A stretch of 63,551 nucleotides of DNA, counting the filler, from Stramenopiles sp. TOSAG23-6 (taxonomy: Eukaryota), in NCBI GenBank assembly GCA_900128565.1. It is 12 parts of 12 records of this genome, joined end to end, with 100 filler letters (N's around TTAATTAATTAA, not from the genome) between each part and the next. Parts side by side here need not be neighbours in the genome. Positions count along the whole stretch, not along the records: positions 8,327 to 16,490 come from LT636468.1; positions 16,591 to 24,741 come from LT636469.1; 10 more parts are not named here. One strand, written 5' to 3'. The first letter of the stretch is position 1; the number at the start of each line of letters is the position of its first letter. Made by a program: the position numbers and the translations under genes. Below, in pieces: positions 11,792-23,200 of the stretch. The notes beneath the pieces are model-generated. The model saw only the letters and a program-made list of their open reading frames with translations, was not told the DNA's origin and did no database searches.

Positions 11792-12598
11792 TTACCAAAG
11801 TGGTATATCACGCTCTCGTAATTTTATTGGCTTTTTATCCTTTACTGGAGACCCGTAACCATCTGATGGAAACATAGCTCCTCCTGCTCCAGTTTTATTT
11901 TTCTCTCTTTCAAGGATTTTCTGACGGAGTAGTTGTGACTCACGGCTAGCTTGCATACCAAGCTGCACAAAATTAGCAACTTCACCATACTTTCTATCAT
12001 TTCGTCCTCTGTATCTCAGAGATTTTCTACAAGATGTATTATTTGAAACGTCTGAGTTGGGATACCACAGTAATTTGTTCATGTCTTTATTAGCTTTTTG
12101 ATCACGGAAGACACTTTTTAAACGGACACTTTCAGAAGCTTTCTGGCTATTCAAGGCATCTCGAGGACTCCAATTTCCATGAGATCTATCATAACACCCC
12201 GATAAATCTAGAGTAGCTACATGTATATCTTCTTGGCCTACTTTGAACCCATGAATTAATCGCCGTACCAGTCTTTCGTTCTCTTCGACTCGAGTTCTAT
12301 TCGCTCGCCGACTAGTACAGGAATCTAGATATGCTTTTGCAGATTGCTCTTGAGTGCATGTCGAACTTTTTGGTGAGACTTCTTTTGTATGTAAACGTGG
12401 ATTTATCCTTCTAGTGGATCCTTCAGTATATCGTGTATCAAAACAAACAGGGCGTATCTTGCTTTTTGGACTAGATGCCTTCTTCGGTTCTTTCGGTGCA
12501 ATCATCAAAGCTTGTAAAGTGTCCCAGTCTTTTGCCACATTTTTTCTAGCTGATTTTACTAGTTCACTAGGTTCTTTGCATCGAGCAAAATAAGCCAT
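11792..12598 (-). CDS. Hypothetical protein
   Basis: 268-aa ATG ORF. Confidence 0.65.
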   Translation of the reverse strand: MAYFARCKEPSELVKSARKNVAKDWDTLQALMIAPKEPKKASSPKSKIRPVCFDTRYTEGSTRRINPRLHTKEVSPKSSTCTQEQSAKAYLDSCTSRRANRTRVEENERLVRRLIHGFKVGQEDIHVATLDLSGCYDRSHGNWSPRDALNSQKASESVRLKSVFRDQKANKDMNKLLWYPNSDVSNNTSCRKSLRYRGRNDRKYGEVANFVQLGMQASRESQLLRQKILEREKNKTGAGGAMFPSDGYGSPVKDKKPIKLRERDIPLW

Positions 12599-12834
12599 TG
12601 TATTTTCTATAATACTATCAAAATTCTTTTAGATTTCGTCTGAGTATAGTACGTTTTATATACTACTAGTTAGTAAGACATAAGAAAGATATAGCCTATA
12701 GGAAACATCAAGAAAAAAAGTCGAGAAAAAATCAGTTACAAAAATGGACAAAAATGTTTTCTGACCAGTGAGGATACTAGCTAAAAAATAAAAAACTCTT
12801 TGGATATTCGCAATTACACATAGCTGCATTTATC

Positions 12835-13617
12835 ATGGCAATGCCAGATATTCTAGACGCATACAGCGGATTACTTGGTGGTAATGACGAAGCTAGTACA
12901 ATGACAAATGATCAAGATCATGTTGATCCTGTTTTAGCGGCGTATATGGATGAGGTTATGAAAATGTGTACATCTCGCTTAGCAGCCGCTCAAGTTTCTG
13001 GTTTTGCTAAAGCCAGTATTGATTCTTGGAAGAAGGATGACTACACTCCATGGAGTCCATGGCAACCAAGGGATGTGTCCGTTCCAACAAAGTCTTGTGA
13101 TCACTCAGTTGCAAAAACAGGTAGCAATTTCGATAACACGGTTGGAACTTTGAGAGACAGAAACAGAGGTACGACATATGTTGCTTTAAAGTCAGACTTG
13201 TGGATTGCTGCAAGACAAAACGAGATTGAGGAGGTCAAAGGATACTTAGAATTTGGATTCGATGTCAACATGAAATCACTCACACCAAATGAAGAGAGTC
13301 CTCTACACAATGCTGTGATTGGTGGACATCCGAAAATGATTAATTTTCTCTGTGATAAGGGGGCTGATGTGAATATTGAAGATGACTCTGGAAACTCTCC
13401 GCTACACTATGCCGCACAACACGGCCATGTACAATGTGTTCGAACACTAGTAAAACGAGGGGCCAATAAAATTGCTAAAAACCATGTAGGCTACACTCCC
13501 TATCAAATTGCATTGTTAAAAGGACATAAAAAGGTAGCTAAATTACTACCAAATCGACAGAAACAAAAAATGTTCAAACTGAAGTTTGCTGCATCATTAA
13601 TGAATAAAGAAAAGTAA
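12835..13617 (+). CDS. Ankyrin-repeat protein
   Basis: SPLHNAVIGGH, GNSPLHYAAQHGH, GYTPYQIA repeats. Confidence 0.9.
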   Translation: MAMPDILDAYSGLLGGNDEASTMTNDQDHVDPVLAAYMDEVMKMCTSRLAAAQVSGFAKASIDSWKKDDYTPWSPWQPRDVSVPTKSCDHSVAKTGSNFDNTVGTLRDRNRGTTYVALKSDLWIAARQNEIEEVKGYLEFGFDVNMKSLTPNEESPLHNAVIGGHPKMINFLCDKGADVNIEDDSGNSPLHYAAQHGHVQCVRTLVKRGANKIAKNHVGYTPYQIALLKGHKKVAKLLPNRQKQKMFKLKFAASLMNKEK

Positions 13618-13794
13618 AAAAGAAAAGTATAAAGAAAAGAAAAAAAAGAAAAGAAAGAAAAACAATAATAAATATTTATAAAACAATATCATTTAGATTA
13701 ATGTATGCTTAATATAGTTTTCAAACAACTTGTTTAAAATGAATTTCTTTAAAATTGTGGAGGAGGTTTCTTGTCGTTTTTTGTAATTATTTAT

Positions 13795-15216
13795 TTATTT
13801 TTGGAGAGAGGATTTCGATTCAGTTCTACTTTTTTTCCTGGGTCGATTCGTATCATAGCAATCATCCGTTTCTGAAAATGGAGCTACTTGATTTAGTTTC
13901 ACAGTTAATTTCTCTGTAGCACAAGTTTGTATTTTTGTATGCTGTAATTCGGGTGATGGATGAAAAGATTTCATTAATTGAAATACTTCAGAGCGCACAT
14001 CCTTCGTCGTAATTTTACACTTTTCAAAATCGAAGCTGAAACATTTCGTTGCGGTAGGCTCGTCTTCAGGGCAGTGTAAACTCTGCAGGTATTCATGACA
14101 CAAGGCTTCATTCACTGTAATTCTGCGCTGGGGATCAAATACTAATAACTTTTTCAATAGATCTAGTGCTAAAGGGTTTGCAGTAGGATATAAAATATCT
14201 AATGGAACTTTCTCACAATATGGTAAATTTTTCATAAATTTCTTTGCTTTCTCATTTTTGATGAAATCCATATCCTCAGCGGTTGGAGATCCGAGTTTAC
14301 GTGAAATAAGTTGAAGTTGATTAATGTAGTCATTCCCTGGAAATATAGGCAATCTGCCTAGGCATTCCGCAAAAATACAACCTACAGACCAAATATCTAT
14401 TGCGCTAGAATATTGTTGACAAGAAAGCATGATCTCTGGCGCACGGTACCATCGCGTGACTACATACTCGGTCAAATCTGAAGGCTCGTCTGTACCCCTT
14501 GATAAACCAAAATCGCAAATCTTCAAGTCACAGTTTGCATTTAATAAAATATTTGAAGGCTTCAAGTCACGGTGCAAAACTTTCGCCGAGTGCATATATT
14601 TGAGCCCTCGCAGTATCTGATATATAAAGTATTGAGCATGGTCATCTGTTAATGATTGCTTCGAATATATAATGCGATGTAAATCTGTTTCCATTAACGG
14701 TGATACTAAATAAACATCTTTGAATGATTCTATTGAACTTGTCTTCGGCGGTTGTATATCAATTAAGCTCATCAAATTATCATGCTTAAAATGCATTAGT
14801 AACTTAATCTCCCGGAGAACTCGTTTAGCATAATATAGATCATCAAATGGGTGTGGAATCTTCTTTACTGCAACCTTATTTCCTGTGATGGTGTCAACGC
14901 ACGAAATCACAAACCCATAACCCCCAAGTCCAATTACTTTAATTAGTTCATATCGCTTGTCCAATTCAAACTTAGTTCCATCTACACGAATTGTATTTAA
15001 AGAAACCATATTATCCAAACTACTAGAACTACACGGACTTTGTACAAAACTTAATTTTATCGAACTCGGTGTTTCACTCCCAATCTCCACTGCCCCAGTT
15101 GGCAATACTACTCCACGATTGCTTAAAGTATTCTGGTCTTCCTCGAGCGAGTTTGACGTACTCTCACCAAAATAAGAACTTGTCTTAACTTCTTCATTTC
15201 TTTCTAAGGCGCTCAT
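13795..15216 (-). CDS. Mitogen-activated protein kinase (TEY activation loop)
   Basis: GLGGYG, VAVKK, HRDLKPSN, DFG, TEYVVTRWYRAPE; intronless. Confidence 0.95.
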   Translation of the reverse strand: MSALERNEEVKTSSYFGESTSNSLEEDQNTLSNRGVVLPTGAVEIGSETPSSIKLSFVQSPCSSSSLDNMVSLNTIRVDGTKFELDKRYELIKVIGLGGYGFVISCVDTITGNKVAVKKIPHPFDDLYYAKRVLREIKLLMHFKHDNLMSLIDIQPPKTSSIESFKDVYLVSPLMETDLHRIIYSKQSLTDDHAQYFIYQILRGLKYMHSAKVLHRDLKPSNILLNANCDLKICDFGLSRGTDEPSDLTEYVVTRWYRAPEIMLSCQQYSSAIDIWSVGCIFAECLGRLPIFPGNDYINQLQLISRKLGSPTAEDMDFIKNEKAKKFMKNLPYCEKVPLDILYPTANPLALDLLKKLLVFDPQRRITVNEALCHEYLQSLHCPEDEPTATKCFSFDFEKCKITTKDVRSEVFQLMKSFHPSPELQHTKIQTCATEKLTVKLNQVAPFSETDDCYDTNRPRKKSRTESKSSLQK

Positions 15217-15505
15217 TTAAAATAATTTACAAACATTGAGCTCATTTGTAACATTATATTCAATAAACGATTTGAGTTACAATTTGACTTATATGTCCTA
15301 CCTCCGAACGGTAGCAGTTACCCAATTTGTAATTTATTATTAGGGTATAAGGGTATACGTAATATTAGTTGCGAGTCAGCTGCTGCTGGCTGCGCTGGCC
15401 GCTGGGGATTTGCTACTTTTTGCGAAAGAAAAAAATGTTTCAAACCGTGTTTACCATTCATTTTTCAAATTTTCATACTTAAGAGAAATCTCTAGCTTCT
15501 TCACA

Positions 15506-16436
15506 ATGTCACAACATATAACAATATGTCCTTTCCCTCTAACTTATGCAGGGGGAAAGTGTACTTTCGACTGCTATATTCCCACGTTCTCAAAAAAAGT
15601 ATATGAAAATACTGATGACGTGCAAACAATCACTTCCGGTATTGTTTTACTACTGTTGACATTCTTACTAGTCTCCAATATGCTAAACCCAAAGAAAAGA
15701 AAGCGTATTGGGGTCAATTCAATTATTTTTGCTAGTTGGAATATACTGCTAGCCCTTTTTTTTCCTAGCGTAATATTTGGCACACGTAGTGTTGTCTGTG
15801 CAAATGACAGAGCAGTCACACAGTCTCGTTACTCTATATTTTCCTCCAAAGGATTTTGGTGTATGTGGCAAGGAATAACTCTTTCATATTTTGTATTGGT
15901 TGCAACTTATCTTTGGTGTCGAACAGCAGTACAACTTCTATATCGTGTCCATTCGCGGAAAGTAAAAACACCAAGTCGAAATAATGAAAAAAAATCTCTA
16001 TATTTATGCTTTATTTTGCCTTTTATACAAGTATGTCTAATGGCAACTTTTAGAGTGTATGGCTACAGTAGTCCTGTAATGTATTGCTTCTTTGCTAATA
16101 CTTCAAAGAGGCAGAATGATAGAGCAAGTAATTGGCAACCTTGGGTGTTTTTTTATGTGCCAATAGCAGTTTCATGGGCTTGTGGTACTTTTTGCTTAGT
16201 GAAATCAATCTTTCGAATGGCTAGTGTTATGTACGTTTTCAAAATTAAATTTCGAATTTATTTTTTTCGTACCAAATTTTGTACCTAACGAATTTCGAAT
16301 TTAAAATAGTTTTTTTCCATCCATGAGAGCCACTGGAATTGACCTCAAGAGTCTCCGTGGGCCGCTATTATATACCGTATGCTTTACAATTGTCTTAGCT
16401 CCTGTGTTCTGTGTACGTTTGTATATGAAATATCAT
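15506..16436 (+). CDS. Multi-pass GPCR-like protein (cAMP-receptor/Frizzled-like 7TM); exons 15506-16230 and 16325-16436; 3' truncated
   Basis: Serial TM helices, CMWQG and YCFF extracellular Cys pair, WVFFYVP. Confidence 0.65.
16231..16324 (+). mobile_element. Introner-like intron, GT...ATCC-AT (an in-frame GAG acceptor at 16327 is also possible)
   Basis: GTT AT|GTACGTTTTC...TTCCATCCAT|G AGA GCC. Confidence 0.8.
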
Positions 16437-16490
16437 GTACGTTTTATTTTTTTTCAAATTCGAATTTTTTTTCGTACGAAATTTTGTACC
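16437..16490 (+). mobile_element. Introner-like intron, 5' part at a contig end
   Basis: CAT|GTACGTTTT...TTCGTACGAAATTTTGTACC. Confidence 0.8.
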
Positions 16491-17252
16491 NNNNNNNNNN
16501 NNNNNNNNNNNNNNNNNNNNNNNNNNNNNNNNNNTTAATTAATTAANNNNNNNNNNNNNNNNNNNNNNNNNNNNNNNNNNNNNNNNNNNNTCAATTGCAG
16601 ATGACTAGTATAAATGCAATTGGTTGGGGTTTTCAGTGTTCTTTACGTACGAACAAATGGATGAATTCGAGTTAGATTATCGGTAGATTTGATTAAAATA
16701 TATCGAGTTAGTATGTATATTCAGAATTGAGTAATGAATGTACAGAGAAATGGAGAGTGTACGGGATGTTGGTATGTAGTATATTCTATGTCAGGTGGCC
16801 TTACTGATAAGTGTTATACGACAATTCAAGTAGAGAAAATAGAGAGAGCAGTATTTAACTTTGAGAAACTAAGTAAATAGTGAAGTGATTTTATTGTAAG
16901 ATAGAAATAAAGCTGTTATAAACCTTGTCACGTGATATTAATAGCAAAGTAGAACATTCTGCTCCATTCAATGAATGTAGTTGTATATATTCTATACAGA
17001 ACTTTGTTGTGTTTAGTGTCGAGGTGTAGTAGCAAACTTTACAAGTATAATAGTAGTTGTTGTTAGTGTTGGCCGTTAAGAATGTTAACCGTTTTCGGCA
17101 CTTTTTCTTAATCGAGTGTAGTCTCAGACAAACACGAAATCTTGGAACTCGTAAATAAAGTGAACCATTTTGAAGTGGTTCACATTTTTGTAAGCACGAA
17201 ATCTTGGAAATCTGAGCTACGCCAAATGCCCCTCTCTGATGTACGAAGTACA

Positions 17253-20200
17253 TCAATGGCAAGAGTTGGTACTTGATGATTGGTCAGTGTATGACATTAC
17301 ATTTGCCATGAGCATGTTGCGAAATCTTAGAAATGCTGGTGCTGGTAATGCCTTGGTGAACATGTCTGCTGGATTGTCCGCGGAGCAAATTCTTTTTATT
17401 TCGATGGCTTTGTCTTCGATTTTTGATTTGGTATAAGCAAGCTTGACTCCGATGTGACGAACTGTTCTCCATTTCCTTGGGTATTCCAGATTGAGTCTTG
17501 CTGCATCGCTGTCTTGGTATATTGTTGATGTTTTTGGGTGGATATTGAAAATTTCGTAGTAGGCTTTACGAGCCCAAATAGTTGATTTGATTCCTTCTAC
17601 TCCAGCAACCATTTCTGCTTCCGTGGTTGAGGTGGCAATGATAGGTTGTTTTTCGCTTTTGTAGTGCACCATGTCTCCATTGAAAGTGACAATGTGCGCG
17701 GATATGCTTTTTCTGCCTGGTAGGCCTTCTGGCGCCAGAGCATAATTACTGTCAACACAACTTCCAGTGGCGTCAGTGTCAAGTAGTGGTTTTTGTTGTT
17801 GATCAATTAGTGTTTCGTATTGAGGGTCTCTGCCAAATGGTAAGCCCCAGTATAATGTTTGTTTTAAGTATTTGAAAATCGTTTCCATGGCATCTTCGTG
17901 AGTAGCGTCAAAATTTCCAGGAATTCCGAATTGAGATAGGACGAGAGCTGCGAAGCTTAAGTCTGGGCGACATAATTGTTGTAAATATTGAATCTGACCA
18001 TTGTACTTTCGCATATCAAAATTTCGCATCGTTTTCTCACATGGTGTTTCTTTCACTGCTGGTTTCACTAACTTCGTGCTTGGATATATTGGCAGTTCAG
18101 CTTCTCCGAGAGTTCCCCACTCTTTTTCAAATTGGCGAACGATCTCTTTCGTGTATTGGGCAGCGTGCATGATAATGATCTTTTTGTTTTGTGTTTTTGG
18201 TGTTGGTGGTATTGGTGTTATGATGGCGCCGACGAATGATTTGAAATCTGCATCTTCAACCCATTGAAGGTTGAATTCTTTTTCAAATGCTTTTTGGAAT
18301 TTGGTGTATTGTTCATCGCCGTGATGGACACAGATTATGTCATCTACATGAGATCCTGTAAACATTACTTTGGTTTTCGTTTCATTGTTTTCGATAATTT
18401 CGTATTCCTTTTTGTAAAGACAAAAATCGCATTCCATTTGTGTCCAACCTTCCTTTACTAGGAAATCTTGAATTAGCAAGGCAAAAATTCTCGCGGCTTG
18501 TACAAGACCATATAGTGATCCTACTAGTTGAAAGGTGTATAATTCGTTAGTAAATGGTGGCATATTGTTTGCTTTTAGATACGGGTTTAAGATAGTTTTG
18601 ATTCGCTCTAACATTACCAAGTTAAATTCGTCATCTCCACCATTTAGTATATCGAGTAATTCGAAGTACATTAGGTGCTCTTCTTTCAATCTACCTTTGA
18701 GGAACGCTGCGGGTGCATCTCCTTTTGACATTTTCATATTCTTTCGCGCTCTTAGTGATAGCAATAGTTTCATCGTGTGAGATCGCATAGTTGGACTGTG
18801 ACTTTTGTCATAGTCCACTCCAGGGCGTTGTGCGTATCCTTTTGCCGTTATTCGCGTTTTGGCTCGTTCTACAGTGTTGTTAGTTTTAGTTTTGAATTTG
18901 TATACCACTTTTCCTCCTAGTGGTTTCTTTTTGACGTCTTTTCGTAGTTTGGGTTTGATAGTGTTATAAAAGAAAAAGTTGCTGATTTCGTCTAGTTGAC
19001 TGGTTTGCATCGCATGTTTTTGAGTTTGTGGTAGTTTCTTCATCTCCTGTGGCGTTTTTGGATGGGAGAGTTCTGTAGCAGGCGGAAAATCTTTGTATAG
19101 ACTGGGATTGTGTGCCTGCATTGTGTCGGCAAATGACACTCCATATCCTCCTATTTCTTCTTTTGCTTCCATTATTCGTTCATTGAATTCTTTTTGTAAA
19201 TCTTTTGGTAAATCTTTTAGTAAATCCTCGGATTCTTTTATACTGGATGGTTTTTGTAAATCTTCTTCGGCATTTGTATTTGTGGCATAGCTTCTTCCGG
19301 ATCTTGTTTTCTTCTTTTTGCTTGGAGATATTGACGTTTCATCTTTGTCTTCCAAATCGCTGTGAATTGCTGCAAGTTCAGGCATTTCATCTTCATCTTC
19401 ATCTTCCGAATCGCTGTGAATTGCTACAAGTTCAGGCATTTCATCGTCTGATTCGACTATTGGTGCTTCTTTTGTGATTAATTCGTTGTAATTATCCGTG
19501 TTTTGTTTTTGGTTTAATATTTCGAATGGGTTAGATACAATATCGTTTGTTTTGTAATAGTTGGTCCGTATTATGTCATTTCCTATCCAAGGCATATATG
19601 TTTTCGCATGTTTTAGATAGTCGTGTGGTCTTTTGCTTTTCATTCTTTGTAGGAACTGCCTCACAGCTTTTTGAATTGTTCTTAGATCATTTAGTATTTT
19701 GTTTGGATCATTGACGAGGTTGCTTATGCTTACCTGCGTTCGAACTCTTTCAGGAAATTGTGTCCAGCTGAAATACCTGTTGGTCTCCTGATCTTCGAGT
19801 ATTTCATACAACTTTTTGTTATTTATTTGTAGGACGCCATTCCTGTCGACTTTTTCGTTTGTTGTGTACATTTTTGTTTGTATTTTCTTAATTCGCTCGT
19901 CTTGGGCGTGTTCAGTCATTTGTTGGCTTGGTTCTCCGGAACCATTTGCTTTTCCATCGAATAATCTTGAAACAATATTGTCAAGGTTTGTGTTAGTGGT
20001 TGAGTCATAGTCTGGACTCTTTTGTGTGAATTCGTCATCGACGTCGGGTTCTTCTAGGACATTAATTTCTTCTGAGGCGCAGAGCTCTGTTAGTGGTTGA
20101 CCTCTATTTATTATTTTGTAAATAGAGGCTTTGTCTCGTACTACTGTATTATTATGCTGGGCGTTCCAGTCGAAGTTTCGTCGTATGTTATTGAACGTTT

Positions 20201-23200
20201 TTAATGGATCGTGATCAGGAATGTGAAGCCATGTTATATGAACTCGGATGATGATCCTTTGGGTAGTTAGACAGTACACCCACCATCCTGGTCCCTCTGA
20301 ATTTTGTTTAAGCATTACCACTTCGGTTCCCCGAGGTCCTACGTTATTTGGTTGGAGCTTCTTCGCTCTTGCATCGACTGATAAGGCAACTCCTCTTGTT
20401 CCAAACGGTACAAGACGATTTATTAGTGTGTTGGATGGTGCTTTTCCTGTTTCCATTTCGTACGACGATATTCCATTCGCGCGATTTGGGAACAAATGCA
20501 TGATTTGTTTTTGACATTCGATTGCGTAAGACCAAAAATTTAATGGTAAGCCTGATGCAATCAGTGCTTTTCTAGCTTGTGATACGACAATGTGAATGGC
20601 AATTTCAGCAGGGTTTGCGTTCGAATTGTATCCACCTGTGTTAGTAATGATGATATTGTCGCTTTTCAATTTGTTAATGAATTCATTTTGATTAATAATT
20701 TCGAACGCTCGGTCTATTCTGATTGTTATTGGCGCATTGTTTTGAATTTGGGGCCAGTATTTGTTTCTCGATAGTCTTATTTCGGCGACTGTATCGAGTA
20801 TTGCTTTTCGGAAATCAGATTTGTGCGTGATATTCTGTCCAAAGATCTTCTTTGTTGTTCTACACACACCAATGCACGCATACCTTTTTCCATTTATTGA
20901 GGCCACTCGAGGGCCAACGAACAGATCCATTGCAATGTGTGTACCGTAATGGGGTCCTCCCTGGGTACGCAGCCTTTCGATTTCAATTCGTCTTTCTTCA
21001 TTTATTTTTCTTGATTTTGTCTTCTTTATGTTTCCAACGGCGCATGTAATGCATAGCGGTATCTTCTTGAATTTAGAGGTTCTTTTGATGGTCAATTGAC
21101 CAAAATTTTCGAAATCACCTCTTAGTATTTGGCGTCTAATATGTTCTTGGTTTTGGTGAGTCAGACCATGTATGGTTTGTAGTCTTTCGGCGATTGTTTG
21201 GTTTCTCTCTGATCTCGATGCTTCTTTTGCTGAGAACACATTTTCTGTTTTGGGATTAGTAATATTGTTAGGTACACAAGATGAAGACGTAAATTCTTTG
21301 TTCCAACCAACATTATCGAAAATGTACTTGCCGTCTATTTTCCATAAGCCGGTTTTGTTCATCTTTTGCGCGATCTGCTTTCTGTTATGTACATTGTCAA
21401 ATTCGGACATATACATTACTTCATTGTTGATTGTTATACACGGATTTATCATCTTTGCGTGTTCGAATACGTCGTCTTCTGAAATTAGAACAATGTTGTT
21501 ATCGAGTGTTGGCGACCTTCCTATTTCAAATGTTCCGATATAACCTTTTTCGTTTATTGTGTGTTTCGTTTCACCAGCGTCCAGAATGTGCCACTTTTCT
21601 TTGTTGTCAAGTTTTGTGACATTGGATAAGGGTACTGTTGCGCCTGCAACTGACCTTGTGGTTCCAGTGTCGAGAAATAGTGGTGGATACATTTTGCCAT
21701 TGTGGCTGTACCCAGTGTCGTTTTGAATTAAGGCGAGAGTTTTTGAGATTTGTATTTGTTGCTTTTGAGTTTTTAATAGATATGATCCATTTTCTACGTA
21801 TTGATCCGAGGCATGCAAGACGAATGAGTAATTCTTTTGTTGTTTATTTGGTTTCAGTTCATTCAAGGCATTTTTAAGTGCTTCGGTAACACACTCCATC
21901 ATGTTTTCTTTTTCGTTTTTCGTAGTGTTGTCCGCAACTTTTGCTATATAAGTCACGGGCTTGTCGTGTCCATCTCCTTTGAAATAGTAAATACATTTTT
22001 CGCCGTATTGGCAAAACAATCCATTTTCTATTAGGGGACATACGATTTTGTTTTTGTTTCCATTGTCCAATTCCAGCCGCACGCTTGGCTTCAGAGCCGC
22101 TGCATTCTGAATGCAGTTAGCAGTGATGTGCGTTGCTGACTCGAATCCGTGCCTATCGCAAATATCGCATTTTTTAGTGCTGTCCTTTTTTGGACATACA
22201 AGACGATGGCCTCTTGTATATTTTATTCCACACGTGCTGCATGCATTCGGTATCTGCATGTCTCTGGTTATCTTCTTATGATACTCCTGTTTTGTGAATT
22301 TAAAATCTTGTTTGTTGTTAGATGATTCTGTAGCATTTGCTACAGAGTTATTTTGATTTTGGTTGCAATTTTCTCCAGCGAGATATGCGATAGCGTTTTC
22401 GAGGTTTTTTGTTTGATTCTTTTTTGCTGTATTCTGCTGTAACGTCGTAGCCCTTGATGGGCCCATTGTGATCCAGTTTCTTCTTCTTGATTCATCGTCC
22501 AGCAGTTCTTCTAGTTTGTTTATGGTCAATGATTTGGCTTGAATTTTCGTTCCAATGTCATCGACTATTTTGTCCGTTCTTATCTGTAGCTTCCAATCGT
22601 TCCACTCTACTCCTAGACCATTGACCAGTCGACCACGGAGGGTCTTGTTGGTTGGCGTGGAAGTGAGTGAGAAGTTTAAGATTGAACGAGTTGGGTATTT
22701 GTAGTTATTGAATTTGACGGCGTTAGGGTCATGTTGTATCGCGCGTCTGTCTTCTGCTGTTGTGATTTGAAATGCACAGTTCCTGGCTAATACTTGCAGC
22801 ATTAGATATAGTGCCAGTTGTCGGTCAGTAATTTGTGCGAGTTTGTCAGTAGCATCAGATTCAAGTTTTAGTGTCGTTTTTGAGGTAATGCGATGGCTTC
22901 TGTATTTCGTATTTTCGATTTCGTCCATTATGTTTTGGATTTCTTTCATTTCGTTTGTTTTTAATTCGTTGATGCATTCATTGTACTCTTGATCGTACAA
23001 ACGCATATCGAATTTCTTGGTTCTTATGTCTTTCCACCAGTTGTTATCGGTTGGTGTAGACGCTTTCGACGAGAAGTATGAGTTTAAGTGAGAAACCATT
23101 TCTTTTGCTCTGTATATTTGAGCAGATTCGATTAGCTTAATCCATTCTTCATACAGGCGAGCTTTGTATGCGTTAGTGCCCTCTTGAGCTTTCTGTTGAA

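Noticed and set aside
8327-11822. Inverted duplicate of about 55 nt (8327-8381 versus about 11768-11822)
   Set aside because: A contig-end copy of the 3' end of another gene; typical amplification or assembly chimera.
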